A DNA stretch of 32,000 bases, from NCBI GenBank assembly GCA_049647265.1, contig JBARXJ010000061.1, positions 28,750 through 60,749 of the forward strand. The letters are read 5' to 3'. The DNA comes from Microcoleaceae cyanobacterium. GTDB lineage: Bacteria; Cyanobacteriota; Cyanobacteriia; Cyanobacteriales; Microcoleaceae. This document shows, in pieces, positions 7,972 through 18,772 of the stretch (its first letter is position 1; each line of letters begins with the position of its first letter). The notes under the pieces were generated by a model that was given only the letters and a program-made list of their open reading frames with translations, did not search any database and was not told where the DNA came from. The position numbers and the translations under genes were made by a program.

Positions 7972-9231
7972 CTATAACATTTGACTAAAAAATGCGATAG
8001 TTTCCTTTAATACCTTGACAAATTGATCGACTTCATCACGGGTATTATAGAAGTAGAAACTTGCCCTTGCTGTCGAACTAACACCGAGATATTGATGTAA
8101 AGGTTGGGTACAATGATGCCCGGTACGAATAGCAATTCCGGAGTCATTTAATAGCGTTGCTAAGTCATTGGCGTGAATTTCGCCCGCAGTAAAGGTGGCT
8201 AATGCTGCCCGTCCTTCTCCCTCTGAATTGGGTTGGGGGCCATATAGGGTAATTTCTGGAACTTCTTTTAATTTTTCGTATAAATAAGCCGTGAGTTCCT
8301 GTTCGTAAGTATGGATATTCTCCATCCCAATTGCCATTAAATAATCGACTGCTGCACCGAGGGCAATAGCTTCACCAATGGCAGGGGTTCCGGCTTCAAA
8401 TTTATGAGGAAGTTCACCCGTTGTAAACCCTTCTAGAGAAACCGTTTCTATCATTTCTCCACCGCCTAAAAAAGGAGGCATTTCTAATAGTAAATCTTTC
8501 TTACCATAGAGAAAACCAATCCCAGTCGGCCCACACATTTTATGTCCGGAACCCACTAACCAATCACAGTCCATTTTCTGTACATCGATGGGTAAATGAG
8601 GTAAACTTTGACAAGCATCAATTAATACTTTTGCGCCACAATTGTGGGAAATATTAATAATTTCTTCAACTGGATTAATGCAGCCTAACGTATTAGAAAT
8701 ATGAAGTACTGATACCAGTTTAGTTTTGTCTGAAATTAATTTTTTGAATTGTTCTAAATCAAATTCTTGAGTATCAGTTAATTCAACAAACTTTAAAACC
8801 GCCCCTGTTTTTTGGGCTATCATTTGCCAAGGAACAAAGTTACTATGATGTTCCATTACGGTTAAAATGATTTCATCTCCGGGTTTGAGATTATCTAAAC
8901 CCCAAGAATAAGCGACTAAATTAATTGCTTCGCTGGCATTACGAGTAAAGACAATTTCTTGATAGGAATTAGCGTTAATAAATTTAGTTACTTTTTGACG
9001 GGCAGCTTCGTATTCATCCGTTGCTTTGGCGCTTAATGCATGAATACCGCGATGCACATTAGAATTATATTGTTGATAATAATCCTGAATTGCATCTAAT
9101 ACCGCTAATGGTTTTTGAGAGGTTGCCGCATTATCGAGGTAAACAAGAGGATGGTCATTGACTTTTTGATGCAGAATTGGGAAATCTTGACGAACTTTAT
9201 CAGCTAATGTTTTTTCTTGAATTAATGTCAT
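7972..9231 (-). CDS. sufS: cysteine desulfurase SufS
   Basis: Class V aminotransferase motifs: [12 protein letters not shown] (PLP Lys) and [12 protein letters not shown] (catalytic Cys). It is the last gene of the sufBCDS cluster. I prefer the ATG at 9231 over the upstream TTG at 9264 used by the ORF track. Confidence 0.9.
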   Translation of the reverse strand: MTLIQEKTLADKVRQDFPILHQKVNDHPLVYLDNAATSQKPLAVLDAIQDYYQQYNSNVHRGIHALSAKATDEYEAARQKVTKFINANSYQEIVFTRNASEAINLVAYSWGLDNLKPGDEIILTVMEHHSNFVPWQMIAQKTGAVLKFVELTDTQEFDLEQFKKLISDKTKLVSVLHISNTLGCINPVEEIINISHNCGAKVLIDACQSLPHLPIDVQKMDCDWLVGSGHKMCGPTGIGFLYGKKDLLLEMPPFLGGGEMIETVSLEGFTTGELPHKFEAGTPAIGEAIALGAAVDYLMAIGMENIHTYEQELTAYLYEKLKEVPEITLYGPQPNSEGEGRAALATFTAGEIHANDLATLLNDSGIAIRTGHHCTQPLHQYLGVSSTARASFYFYNTRDEVDQFVKVLKETIAFFSQML

Positions 9232-9331
9232 TTTTATCAATCCTTTTGTTTGGGCTAGGAACAATTTAGTAGTAAGTATACGAATGAAATTTAGGAGAAT
9301 AGAGACATTGATTAAAACGCCTCTATTGAAG

Positions 9332-10678
9332 TTAAAAACTCCGGCAGGCTACACAACGAGATAGCATTTGTCGTAAAGATTTTAAGGGCAACTGATTGAT
9401 AATTTCCCCAGCAAACGCATCAATTAACAGTTGACGACTGCTGGTATCATCTAAGCCTCGACTGCGTAAATAGAAGAGTTCATCTTCTTCTAACTGGCTG
9501 ATGGTTGCGCCGTGAGAACATTTAACGTCATCGGCGGTAATTTCTAGTTGCGGCTTGGTATTAACTCTGGCTTTCGGTGATAATAATAAGTTACGGCTGA
9601 GTTGATTTGCATTGGTTAATTGGGCGGCTTGCGGCACAACAACTCGACCATTAAATACCCCGTGGGCGCTATCATCTAAAATAATTTTATGGATTTGATT
9701 CAAAGTACCATGAGGATGATTTAACAGTAAGTTACTATGGGTATCAGCTAACTGTCTTTGTTCAATTGCCGTTAAACTATTGAGAGTAGTTTCGGTTGCT
9801 TCTCCCGTTTGATTAATATCAACTTCATGGCGGGATAATTTTGCGCCTAAACTAATGGCATGACCAATATAACGGCTATTTCTAGCTTGAGAAACCGCTG
9901 TTTTACCAATATGAAAGGCACTGCCACCATCGCGTTGTAAACGAATATGCTTTAATTCGGCATTCTCTTCTAGCCATATTTCACTCACAGTATTAGTTAA
10001 ATAGGGAGAAGTCTTTACCTTGTCAGAACAGCCCATTGTTAGGGTAGCATAGTGTTCTACAATTGTGGCAGCGCTGCCCGGTTCTGCGACGACTAAAACA
10101 CGAGGATGAGAAATGGTTGAGGTTTCTCCACTGCTGGAAATAAATAACAGATGAATTGGGATTTCTGCGACTTTATTTTTTCTCACCCATACCACAGCAA
10201 CATCATTTAAAGCAGCAGTGTTAAGGGCGCTAAATGTGGCTTTTCCACCGGGTTGACAGGCGAGATAATCACCTAAATGACTTTCTAAGTCGGCTGGAAT
10301 TTGTTCTAAATTTCCAACAAAAACATCTTCAGTAATATCGGCAACAGCGGATAAATTGGGCGCATATTGTCCGTCTACAAATACCAGGCGTGTTTTATCA
10401 CATTCGGGTAAAATTAAAGGCGCAATAGCTTCAGCATCGAGTTGAACTTTTCCAGCAGATTGGAATTTAATCTCTAATAAAGAGGATATATCTGTAAACT
10501 GCCAATCTTCATCTTTTTTCGTGGGAATGGCTAATTCTTTCGCCCAAGTTGCAGCATTGTCTCGCAACGGTTGCAATATATTAGCAATTTTACGATTAGA
10601 AATTGATGTTTCTGAAGCTAAACTAAGCAATTGCTTGAGATATAGAACTTCCGGTTTATCTTGAACTGTTGTTACCAT
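9332..10678 (-). CDS. sufD: Fe-S cluster assembly protein SufD
   Basis: ~448-aa ORF between sufC and sufS. The C-terminal [23 protein letters not shown] is SufB/SufD-fold. An ATG at 10678 follows the TTG at 10681, directly after the sufC stop. Confidence 0.9.
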   Translation of the reverse strand: MVTTVQDKPEVLYLKQLLSLASETSISNRKIANILQPLRDNAATWAKELAIPTKKDEDWQFTDISSLLEIKFQSAGKVQLDAEAIAPLILPECDKTRLVFVDGQYAPNLSAVADITEDVFVGNLEQIPADLESHLGDYLACQPGGKATFSALNTAALNDVAVVWVRKNKVAEIPIHLLFISSSGETSTISHPRVLVVAEPGSAATIVEHYATLTMGCSDKVKTSPYLTNTVSEIWLEENAELKHIRLQRDGGSAFHIGKTAVSQARNSRYIGHAISLGAKLSRHEVDINQTGEATETTLNSLTAIEQRQLADTHSNLLLNHPHGTLNQIHKIILDDSAHGVFNGRVVVPQAAQLTNANQLSRNLLLSPKARVNTKPQLEITADDVKCSHGATISQLEEDELFYLRSRGLDDTSSRQLLIDAFAGEIINQLPLKSLRQMLSRCVACRSF

Positions 10679-10681
10679 CAA

Positions 10682-11464
10682 TTACACTCCTGCTGTTGCC
10701 GCTTCAATTACATCGTCATAGCCTTTTTCTTCTAATTCTAAGGCAAGTTCTTTTGTACCCGTTTTAATAATCCGTCCATCGGCGACAACATGAACATAAT
10801 CCGGCACAATATAATCTAATAAACGCTGATAATGAGTAATCACTAACATTGAATTGGTTTCATTTGCCAGTTGATTAACGCCATTGGCAACAATTCTTAA
10901 AGCATCAATATCTAAGCCAGAATCTGTTTCATCTAGAATCGCTAAACGCGGTTCGAGTAAAGCCATTTGTAAGATTTCATTGCGTTTCTTTTCCCCGCCA
11001 GAAAAGCCTTCATTTAAACTTCTTTCAAGAAATTCTGGCTTCATTTTAACAACATCTAACTTTTCCTGAATTAAATCATCAAAGTCAAATGCATCTAATT
11101 CTTCTAACCCTTTACTTTTTTGTTTAGCATTATAAGCCGCCCGCATAAAGTCAAGATTACTCACCCCCGGAATTTCTAAAGGATATTGAAACGCTAAAAA
11201 GATTCCCGCTAACGCCCGTTCATTCGGTTCAAGTTCTAATAAATTTTGTCCTAAAAAGCTAATTTCTCCCCCGGTAACTTCATAAGCCGGATGACCCGCT
11301 AATACTTTAGAAAAAGTACTTTTCCCCGAACCATTCTGACCCATAATGGCGTGAATTTCCCCGGCTTTTATTTCCAGGTTAAAGCCTTTGAGAATCGGAG
11401 TGTCGTCAATATTGGCGGTTAAATTATTAACCGATAAAATTACTTCGCTATTTTCTTGAATCAT
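10682..11464 (-). CDS. sufC: Fe-S cluster assembly ATPase SufC
   Basis: 260 aa. Walker A is GQNGSGKST, the ABC signature is FSGGEKKR, and Walker B is [12 protein letters not shown]. Confidence 0.95.
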   Translation of the reverse strand: MIQENSEVILSVNNLTANIDDTPILKGFNLEIKAGEIHAIMGQNGSGKSTFSKVLAGHPAYEVTGGEISFLGQNLLELEPNERALAGIFLAFQYPLEIPGVSNLDFMRAAYNAKQKSKGLEELDAFDFDDLIQEKLDVVKMKPEFLERSLNEGFSGGEKKRNEILQMALLEPRLAILDETDSGLDIDALRIVANGVNQLANETNSMLVITHYQRLLDYIVPDYVHVVADGRIIKTGTKELALELEEKGYDDVIEAATAGV

Positions 11465-11539
11465 TGGTTTGTATCTTTTCAGCTATTGATTGAGGTAGTT
11501 CATTTATACTGAACTGAGGTTGTGAGGTTGAAGAACTGA

Positions 11540-12976
11540 TTATCCCACACTTCCTTCTAACTTCAGACTCAATAATTGGTCGGCTTCAGCGGCAAATTCC
11601 ATGGGTAACTTATTGAATACATCTTTACAGAAACCACTGACAATCATGGAAACTGCATCTTCTTCAGAAATTCCCCGTTGAGTTAGATAAAATAATTGGT
11701 CTTCCCCAATTTTAGAAGTAGAGGCTTCATGTTCAACTTTCGCCGTATTATTATCGACTTGAATATAGGGGAAAGTATTGGCTTGAGATGTATTCCCAAT
11801 CAACATTGAATCACATTGAGAATAATTTCTTGCGCCTTTTGCTTTCGGCCCCATTTTGACTAAGCCGCGATAACTATTAGAAGATTTTCCGGCAGAAATC
11901 CCTTTAGAAATAATTGTACTGCGGGTGTTTTTGCCAATATGAACCATTTTAGTTCCCGTATCGGCTTGTTGCATATTATTCGTCAAGGCAACAGAATAGA
12001 ATTCCCCAACGGAATTATCTCCGACTAATACACAGCTAGGATATTTCCAAGTAATCGCAGAACCTGTTTCTACTTGTGTCCAAGAAATCTTAGAATTAAC
12101 GCCTTTACACAATCCTCGTTTTGTCACGAAGTTGTAAATTCCGCCTTTACCGTTTTTATCCCCGGCAAACCAATTTTGCACTGTAGAATACTTAATTTCA
12201 GCATTATCTAATGTTACCAATTCTACAACGGCTGCGTGCAATTGATTGGTATCAAACATGGGCGCAGTACAACCTTCGAGATAAGTAACAGAAGCACCTT
12301 CTTCTGCTACAATTAACGTCCGTTCAAACTGTCCAGAATCTCCGTTATTAATCCGGAAATAAGTAGACAAATCCATCGGGCATTTTACCCCTTTAGGAAT
12401 ATAGACAAAAGACCCATCACTAAATACAGCAGAGTTCAAGGCTGCAAAGAAATTATCTCCAACCGGAACAACACTACCGAGGTATTTTTCTATCAATTCT
12501 GGATGGTCTTTGACTGCCTCAGAAATCGAACAGAAAATGACTCCATCTTCTGCTAATTTTTCTTTAAAAGTTGTGGCAACTGAAACACTATCAAATACCG
12601 CATCAACCGCAACATTGGCTAAGCGCTTTTGTTCTGATAAAGGAATTCCCAACTTTTCAAATGTATCTAATAGCGTCGGGTCAACTTCATCTAAACTGCC
12701 CTTTTTCTCTTGCAGTTTGGGGGCAGAATAATAGATAATTTTTTCGTAGTCAATTGCCGGATAATGAACATGGGGCCAGGTGGGTTCCTCCATCTTCAAC
12801 CATTGGCGATAGGCTTTGAGTCGAAAGTTCAGCAAGAATTCTGGTTCATTTTTCTTAGCCGAAATCAGACGAACCACATCTTCGTTGAGTCCGGCAGCAA
12901 TAGTATCTGACTCAATATCGGTAACAAAACCGTATTTATAAGGTTGGTTAACTAATGTTTTAACAGACGCGCTCAT
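11540..12976 (-). CDS. sufB: Fe-S cluster assembly protein SufB
   Basis: 478 aa. It has an N-terminal YKYGF and a C-terminal [23 protein letters not shown], and is the first gene of the operon. Confidence 0.95.
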   Translation of the reverse strand: MSASVKTLVNQPYKYGFVTDIESDTIAAGLNEDVVRLISAKKNEPEFLLNFRLKAYRQWLKMEEPTWPHVHYPAIDYEKIIYYSAPKLQEKKGSLDEVDPTLLDTFEKLGIPLSEQKRLANVAVDAVFDSVSVATTFKEKLAEDGVIFCSISEAVKDHPELIEKYLGSVVPVGDNFFAALNSAVFSDGSFVYIPKGVKCPMDLSTYFRINNGDSGQFERTLIVAEEGASVTYLEGCTAPMFDTNQLHAAVVELVTLDNAEIKYSTVQNWFAGDKNGKGGIYNFVTKRGLCKGVNSKISWTQVETGSAITWKYPSCVLVGDNSVGEFYSVALTNNMQQADTGTKMVHIGKNTRSTIISKGISAGKSSNSYRGLVKMGPKAKGARNYSQCDSMLIGNTSQANTFPYIQVDNNTAKVEHEASTSKIGEDQLFYLTQRGISEEDAVSMIVSGFCKDVFNKLPMEFAAEADQLLSLKLEGSVG

Positions 12977-13161
12977 AAGCTTTATAGTGTTAGTGTTCGA
13001 TTCAGGGATGTTCTCAAAGGAAATAGGGTTTATTGTTGGTTGGCGCGTTATTCGTCATTTGTGACTCGTTGGCGCAGAACAGAGAAGACAAAACGCTGTA
13101 ACTGCCGTCCCAAAAGCTGGAAACCAACCGATGACAAAGAACTAATGACAAAGGACTAAAA

Positions 13162-13215
13162 CAACACATTTGTTTCTTATGTCTATTTTAAGCTACATTA
13201 ACAACAAGTGAATTG
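13162..13215. promoter_or_regulatory. Two candidate SufR operators (CAAC-N6-GTTG-like half-palindromes) in the sufR/sufB divergent region
   Basis: CAAC acattt GTTT lies at 13162-13175 and CAAC aagtga ATTG at 13202-13215. Both sit in the 270-nt gap between sufB and sufR. The Synechocystis SufR operator is reported as CAAC-N6-GTTG. Confidence 0.4.
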
Positions 13216-13246
13216 TCAAAGTCCAAACCTGTAAACTTTTGTTAAG

Positions 13247-13906
13247 ATGATGGCCACCTCCCAGCAGCATTCCACAAAACAAGACATCCTACAACAGTTG
13301 TTAAAACAAGGTTCTGTCACATCCATCGTGTTGGCAGAGTCCCTCGAGATTACACCCCAGGGTATTCGTCGCCATCTCAAAGACTTAGAAGCAGAAGGGT
13401 TGATTGAGTATGAGTCTGTTCAAGTGGGGATGGGACGACCTCAACATCTTTACCGCCTCACTCCCCAGGGACATAACCAATTTCCCAACCGTTATGATGA
13501 GTTTGCCATTTCTTTTCTCGATACCCTCAGCGAAACGATGGGACGAGAACAGGTTAGTCAAATTCTGCAAAAACAATGGCAACGTAAAGCAATAGAATAT
13601 CGTCATCAAGTCGGAAATGGTTCGGTTAAACAACGGGTAATTAATTTAGTAGAATTGCGAAAAGCAGAAGGATACATGGCAGAATGGTATGCGGTTGAAC
13701 CTCAAACTTCAGATGCAGGCCTGCAACAGTATATTTTAACTGAACATCATTGCGCGATTTCTAACGTCGCTGAGTCATTTCCTAGCGTTTGTGGTCATGA
13801 ACTCGAAATGTTTAGTGCTGTACTGTCTGATTGTACTGTAGAACGAACTCACTGGATTGTTAATGGTGAACATCGCTGTGGTTATTTAATTACGCCAAAA
13901 AGTTAA
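13247..13906 (+). CDS. sufR: iron-sulfur cluster biosynthesis transcriptional regulator SufR
   Basis: 219 aa, divergent from sufB. It has an N-terminal winged-helix DeoR-like HTH (LAESLEITPQGIRRHLKDLEAEGLI). The C-terminal Cys pattern is C-X12-C-X13-C-X14-C (CAISNVAESFPSVCGHELEMFSAVLSDCTVERTHWIVNGEHRC). Confidence 0.85.
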   Translation: MMATSQQHSTKQDILQQLLKQGSVTSIVLAESLEITPQGIRRHLKDLEAEGLIEYESVQVGMGRPQHLYRLTPQGHNQFPNRYDEFAISFLDTLSETMGREQVSQILQKQWQRKAIEYRHQVGNGSVKQRVINLVELRKAEGYMAEWYAVEPQTSDAGLQQYILTEHHCAISNVAESFPSVCGHELEMFSAVLSDCTVERTHWIVNGEHRCGYLITPKS

Positions 13907-13958
13907 GTATTTTTGCTTAAATTAAATTGATATTTGCTTTTATTTTAATTCAATTAAT

Positions 13959-14330
13959 ATGGAATTTTTAACACAAGAAGAAGTGATTCAAGTCGATGCT
14001 GCGTTATTGTCATCTAAAGAAAAGTTTTCAACTCGGCTAGCACTTTACGCCAAAAGATGTTTACAGCAAATTTCTAAAGAAAAACAAATTGATATTGAAT
14101 CGATTCAATCCGAACAAATTCAAGCTTGGATTCGACAAGATGAAGTGATTCAAAAACAAATAGAACTCGATAATAGTTTTGAAGCCTTTTTTACCAAGTT
14201 AGTGATATCTTCATTAAAGCCGTTGAGGCAAATTGCCAGCGAAGAAAATCAACCGGTTGAAAGTTTAACTGTTAAACAAGTTATCGCCTGGTTTGAACAG
14301 CAAAGCAAAAAGAATTTAGCAATTGAATAA
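13959..14330 (+). CDS. hypothetical protein
   Basis: 123-aa ORF with an ATG start. Its stop abuts the next start (TAAATG). An internal duplication is visible: IESIQSEQIQAWIRQDE versus VESLTVKQVIAWFEQQS. Confidence 0.5.
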   Translation: MEFLTQEEVIQVDAALLSSKEKFSTRLALYAKRCLQQISKEKQIDIESIQSEQIQAWIRQDEVIQKQIELDNSFEAFFTKLVISSLKPLRQIASEENQPVESLTVKQVIAWFEQQSKKNLAIE

Positions 14331-15215
14331 ATGTTTCCTTTTTTTCTTCCCCCAGAGGTAAACAGTTTAACAGAATATACCTCGATTAATTTAGCAAAAA
14401 ATATTAAAAGGTCTCTGATTTCAACCCCCTTTTATCCACCCGGTATTCAAACGGCTTATACTTGTCAGGGCAACGATTCACCCCCGATTCTCTTCTTACA
14501 TGGATTTGATAGTTCTCTGTTAGAATTTAGTCGAATTATTCCCTTTATTTCCCCTCAATATCAAACTTGGGCAATTGATTTACTGGGGTTTGGTTTTACT
14601 CAAAGAATTCCTGAAATTAATTATAATCCCGAAACCTTAAAATCCCATCTTTATTACACTTGGAAAACCTTAATTAATCGCCCAATCATTTTAGTCGGTA
14701 CATCAATGGGAGGCGCGGCTGCAATTGATTTTGCTTTAACCTATCCTGAAGTCGTTCAAAAGTTAGTTTTAATTGATAGTGTGGGATACTCTGGTAGCTT
14801 TCCCATTGGTATGTTATTAATTCCGCCCATAGATTCTATCTCGATAGAATTCTGGCGACAACGCAAACAACAAGCCTTAAACTTTGCACCTTTTTTATGG
14901 ATTAATGCCAGTCAAATAGAAGCGATTAAATTTACCTCACTTCACTTAAAAATGCCTTATTGGCAAGACGCGATGATATCGTTTATGAAAAGTGGAGGAT
15001 ATGGGGATATAGCTGCCAGAATCTCTCAAATTAAACATCCAACCCTAATTTTATGGGGTGATAAAGATGAAACCTTAGGCACAAAAGATGCAATATTATT
15101 CCATCAAAATATAGCGAATTCTCAACTGATTTGGATGAAAGATTGTGGTCATGTTCCCCATTTAGAACAGCCTGAGCGAACAGCAAAAGCTATTTTAGAA
15201 TTTTTATCGTCTTAA
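14331..15215 (+). CDS. alpha/beta fold hydrolase
   Basis: 294 aa. LFLHGFDSS (oxyanion region), the GTSMGG nucleophile elbow, and the CGHVPHLEQPE catalytic His motif are present. Confidence 0.85.
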   Translation: MFPFFLPPEVNSLTEYTSINLAKNIKRSLISTPFYPPGIQTAYTCQGNDSPPILFLHGFDSSLLEFSRIIPFISPQYQTWAIDLLGFGFTQRIPEINYNPETLKSHLYYTWKTLINRPIILVGTSMGGAAAIDFALTYPEVVQKLVLIDSVGYSGSFPIGMLLIPPIDSISIEFWRQRKQQALNFAPFLWINASQIEAIKFTSLHLKMPYWQDAMISFMKSGGYGDIAARISQIKHPTLILWGDKDETLGTKDAILFHQNIANSQLIWMKDCGHVPHLEQPERTAKAILEFLSS

Positions 15216-15389
15216 AATATCGATCTTGATGTCTTGATAATTTATTCACAGGAAGAGGGCGAGTCCAGAGTCGTATATTTTTTGCCGAGATGCAGCGCTA
15301 TCACTCTATTTTCGGTATAATCATCAAGAGATTAAATCTTAATCGACTTCGTATTTTTCACACATCAAGAGTATTATCTCTATTAGTAT

Positions 15390-15896
15390 ATGAATTATCT
15401 AGTTGCTGTGCTGAGCGATCGCATCTTGGCTGAAGGTGCTTCAGTTGCTTTAGAAAAAGAAGGGTTACCGAGTCAACAAGTTTCTATCCTCGGGAAAGGG
15501 TATCAAAGTGCAGATGAGTTTGGCTTAATTGACCCGAACGAAACGGCTATAAAACAAGTGAAGTTGATGGCTTCGTGGCTGATTCCGTTTGGGTTTGCCG
15601 CCGGTTTTACATTCAGTTTAATTACAGGACTCAATACCTTTGCCTGGGCAGGAGAATTTGGGAATCATGTAATTGGGGGATTATTGGGTGCAATGTCTGG
15701 TGGCATGGGAAGTGTGGTTGTCGGCGGGGGTGTCGGCTTAATTATCGGTGGTGGAGATGCTTTACCCTACCGCAACCGACTCAAAGCTGGGAAATATTTA
15801 GTGGTGGTAACGGGTTCAGAAAGTTCGACTCGCCAAGCCACTCGCATTCTCCGGCAGTTTGAACCAGAGACTCTTCAAGGGTATCAAAGTCCTTAA
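15390..15896 (+). CDS. glycine-zipper membrane protein with YflT/general-stress-like N-terminus (hypothetical)
   Basis: 168 aa. The N-terminal VAVLSDRILAEGASVALEKEGLPSQQVSILGKG weakly resembles YflT-type domains. Central Gly-rich TM segments are present (GGLLGAMSGGMGSVVVGGGVGLIIGGG). Confidence 0.55.
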   Translation: MNYLVAVLSDRILAEGASVALEKEGLPSQQVSILGKGYQSADEFGLIDPNETAIKQVKLMASWLIPFGFAAGFTFSLITGLNTFAWAGEFGNHVIGGLLGAMSGGMGSVVVGGGVGLIIGGGDALPYRNRLKAGKYLVVVTGSESSTRQATRILRQFEPETLQGYQSP

Positions 15897-16038
15897 GCAG
15901 AGATTTAATAGGGGGTGTCAGAGTGTTTAAGCTTGCCAAGCCGGAAGCAATGGTCAACTATCAAAAGTATAATCTTTGATTATTTTTGTTGCTCATGACC
16001 TGCTTCTAGTATTCCATTTTTTATGGAGTGAGATTGAG

Positions 16039-16422
16039 TTAAATACTTTCTGGTAACATCATAAAAAATACAGGAATTCTTAAGAAAATTCTTCCCAGTT
16101 GAGAGATTCCAAACTTAATCTTTAATTCAGGGGGTAATGCTGTCCAAGAAATGGGTAAAAATCCAAAATAATGGTAATATTGTTTTAGTTTTTTTCCTAA
16201 GCATTCTAAATACAGCGGTCGAGTCGATTGCTGGATTAAATGCTGTACTAAATAACTTACCTTACCCTGATGACGTTGGTGTGGTGCAACCACTAAACTC
16301 CCTAATTCTTGCACCGTTCCATGACAGCGTAACTGTCCGCAAGCAATCAAAAATCCCTCTCGTTCAATGATCCAAAATTGTTGCCAGCGTAACTGAGTTG
16401 GATCGAGTTTTGCTTGCCACAC
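16039..16422 (-). CDS. GNAT family N-acetyltransferase (start uncertain or N-terminally truncated)
   Basis: GNAT motif A context is QELGSLVVAPHQRHQGKVSYLVQHL. The frame stays open upstream to 16473 and encodes TLRQATPQDLKAIRGLV (a typical GNAT N-terminus), but has no ATG. GTG at 16422 is the only plausible start. Confidence 0.6.
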   Translation of the reverse strand: MWQAKLDPTQLRWQQFWIIEREGFLIACGQLRCHGTVQELGSLVVAPHQRHQGKVSYLVQHLIQQSTRPLYLECLGKKLKQYYHYFGFLPISWTALPPELKIKFGISQLGRIFLRIPVFFMMLPESI

Positions 16423-16496
16423 TAAGCCACGAATGGCTTTAAGATCCTGTGGCGTAGCTTGACGAAGTGTACATCAATAACGGTAAATCCTGTCTC

Positions 16497-16853
16497 ATGA
16501 TCAATTTCAATACAAAATGGATTGCGCGTTCGCTTTTTACTCATTTAATCGTACTCAGTGGATTATGCGTCTTTCAAAATGCTTCTCACGCTGAAAATTT
16601 ATCTGACTCTCATCAATATCCAGAAGCTGAACAACAAGCCTATTTGAGTGCCTGTCAACAAGTCACAGTAGAGCAAGGCTTTTCGCAACAGCAAGCTCAA
16701 AACTTATGTGTCTGTACTTTAGACCAATTTAAAACAAAGTATAGTTTAGAACAATTTAGAGAACTGTACAAAGCCGCTAATCAAAATAATGAAGTGCCAT
16801 CAGAATTTATTAAAGCTGGTATTTTTTGTGCCGCTCGATTAAGCTTGAAGTAA
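16497..16853 (+). CDS. small secreted Cys-containing hypothetical protein
   Basis: From the ATG at 16497 the product begins with a signal-peptide-like MINFNTKWIARSLFTHLIVLSGLCVFQNASHA, followed by a mature ~86-aa region with 4 Cys. The ORF track starts earlier at the GTG at 16467. Confidence 0.5.
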   Translation: MINFNTKWIARSLFTHLIVLSGLCVFQNASHAENLSDSHQYPEAEQQAYLSACQQVTVEQGFSQQQAQNLCVCTLDQFKTKYSLEQFRELYKAANQNNEVPSEFIKAGIFCAARLSLK

Positions 16854-17089
16854 TGCTTCAGACGAGATTGGGTTGAAGATTTATATATTGTTTGAAAGTA
16901 GGGTATGGGTTGTCAGCAATTGGCAAAGTTATAGCTAATTCGCTCAAGCCTGCCTCCGTAAAAATGGGTGTTAAAAGCATAAAGGTTAAGGTTTAAACCC
17001 ATCACTTTTAACTGAAATACCCTACTTCTATTCTCCAATATTTCCTCATCCATTAAACAACATCTCAAAACGTGACAAAAAACCGACCG

Positions 17090-18772
17090 CTAATGTCCCA
17101 GCGCCTGAACTAATCGGTTACGGTGAGCGATCGCATCAGAATGATTCGGTTGCAATTCTAAGGCAACACCATAAGAACGAAAGGCTTCTTCATACTGATA
17201 GATTTGTTCAAACGTCAAACCTCGACGCACCCAGGCTTCACTAAAATCGGGTTTACGGTGAATCAGACGATCATAGACTTTCAAAGCATCCTGATACCAG
17301 CGAGCAGCTTCTAAGGCTTGGCCGTATTTTAAACTGACAGCTTCGTTATCTGGCCAAATTCCTAAAGCCTGTTCATAGGCTTCGACTGCTTTAGTGGGTT
17401 GTTGAGTTTTCTCAAATACTGCTGCCAGTTGTAGCCAGGCTTCAAAGTGATTGGGTTGGGATTGAACCACTGTTTCATAAGCCGCGATCGCTTCTTCGTA
17501 TCGTTGTAAGCGTTCCAGGGCCTCTCCCCGTTGTAATCCGGCTTGAGTGGCGAGGGCATGATCTCCAGACGTGTACAGCAGCACTTTATCATAAGCCACT
17601 AACGCTTCTTCATAGCGGCCTAATTGGTCTAAAGTTCGTCCTCGATAGTTCCAGGCTTCTAAAAAGTCGGGCTGAATTTGCAAAGCATTATCAAAGGCAA
17701 TAATCGCTTCTGGATAATGTTCAATTCCAGATAAGGCAATCCCTCGCCCCAGCCATGCTTCCGGGTAGTTGGGATTAACTTGAGTAGCCCTGTCAAAAGC
17801 TGCGATCGCCGATTCATGCTGTTTCAAATCCAGTAAAATTTGACCCCGACTGATCCAAATGGCTGCCGAGTCTGATTTAATTTGTAGGGCAGAATCAACC
17901 GCAGCCAACGCCGCTTCTGGCCATTTAGGTTTCAGGGCCATTGCTTTGTACAGCCACGCTTCATGATCTTCGGGTTGCAGTTGAATCACTCGATCGTAAG
18001 AAGCCACTGCTTCGGGGTAACGGTGTAATTTTTGTAGGGCAATTCCCCGGTTAAACCAAGCTGCATAGCTTTCCGGTTGGAGGCGAATGGCTTGATCGTA
18101 AGAATTGATCGCATCTCCATAGCGATATTGATTCATCAACATCTCTGCCCGGTTAAACCAAGCTTCGTAGTTACCCGGTTGCAGTTGTAAAGAGCGATCG
18201 TAGGCTTCCACTGCATCAGCATACCGTTCTTCGTTCATCAAGGCATTACCCTGGTGATACCAAACCGCTGAGAGATCGGGTTGAATTTCAATCGCCCGTT
18301 TATAGGAAGCCGCAGCCGCTTTGAACTGAAACGTTCCTTCAAAGGCTAAACCCCGTTCGTACCAGGCTTCAAAGTTCTCTGGATCGATTTTTATTGCTTT
18401 GTCAAAGGAGGCGATCGCTTCTTCGTATCGTTCTAATTGAGACAGGGCAATGCCTCGAAATGTCCAACCCCAGTAATCATTCGGCTTAATTTTAATCGCA
18501 TGATTATAGGAAGTCAGGGCATCTTTATACCGTTGAAGCTGTTTGAGGCTATTTCCCCGCCGCAGCCATGCATTGTACCAGTCTGGTTTTTTTTGAGTGG
18601 CGATATCGTAGTAACTGTATGCGCCTTCGTAGCGTTCTACTTGATAAAGTCGATTGCCTTTCTGATAGGCTGGATATGCCCACAAAATACCAAGTAACCT
18701 AAACGGGGCGAATGAAATTGTATTTTGTGCATTCGGGGGAGCAAAGGTCATAGAGGTTACTTCTTCAGCCAT
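17090..18772 (-). CDS. tetratricopeptide (TPR) repeat protein
   Basis: 560 aa made of at least 14 consecutive 34-aa TPR units (AWxxRGxALxxLxRYxEAIAxYDxAIxIxP). Confidence 0.85.
   Translation of the reverse strand: MAEEVTSMTFAPPNAQNTISFAPFRLLGILWAYPAYQKGNRLYQVERYEGAYSYYDIATQKKPDWYNAWLRRGNSLKQLQRYKDALTSYNHAIKIKPNDYWGWTFRGIALSQLERYEEAIASFDKAIKIDPENFEAWYERGLAFEGTFQFKAAAASYKRAIEIQPDLSAVWYHQGNALMNEERYADAVEAYDRSLQLQPGNYEAWFNRAEMLMNQYRYGDAINSYDQAIRLQPESYAAWFNRGIALQKLHRYPEAVASYDRVIQLQPEDHEAWLYKAMALKPKWPEAALAAVDSALQIKSDSAAIWISRGQILLDLKQHESAIAAFDRATQVNPNYPEAWLGRGIALSGIEHYPEAIIAFDNALQIQPDFLEAWNYRGRTLDQLGRYEEALVAYDKVLLYTSGDHALATQAGLQRGEALERLQRYEEAIAAYETVVQSQPNHFEAWLQLAAVFEKTQQPTKAVEAYEQALGIWPDNEAVSLKYGQALEAARWYQDALKVYDRLIHRKPDFSEAWVRRGLTFEQIYQYEEAFRSYGVALELQPNHSDAIAHRNRLVQALGH

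Noticed and set aside
15575-15862. 95-aa same-strand alternative-frame ORF inside the Gly-zipper protein gene
   Set aside because: It is an artefact of GGN-rich codons read out of frame (a W/R/C-rich product). The 168-aa frame has coherent TM and Gly-zipper features.
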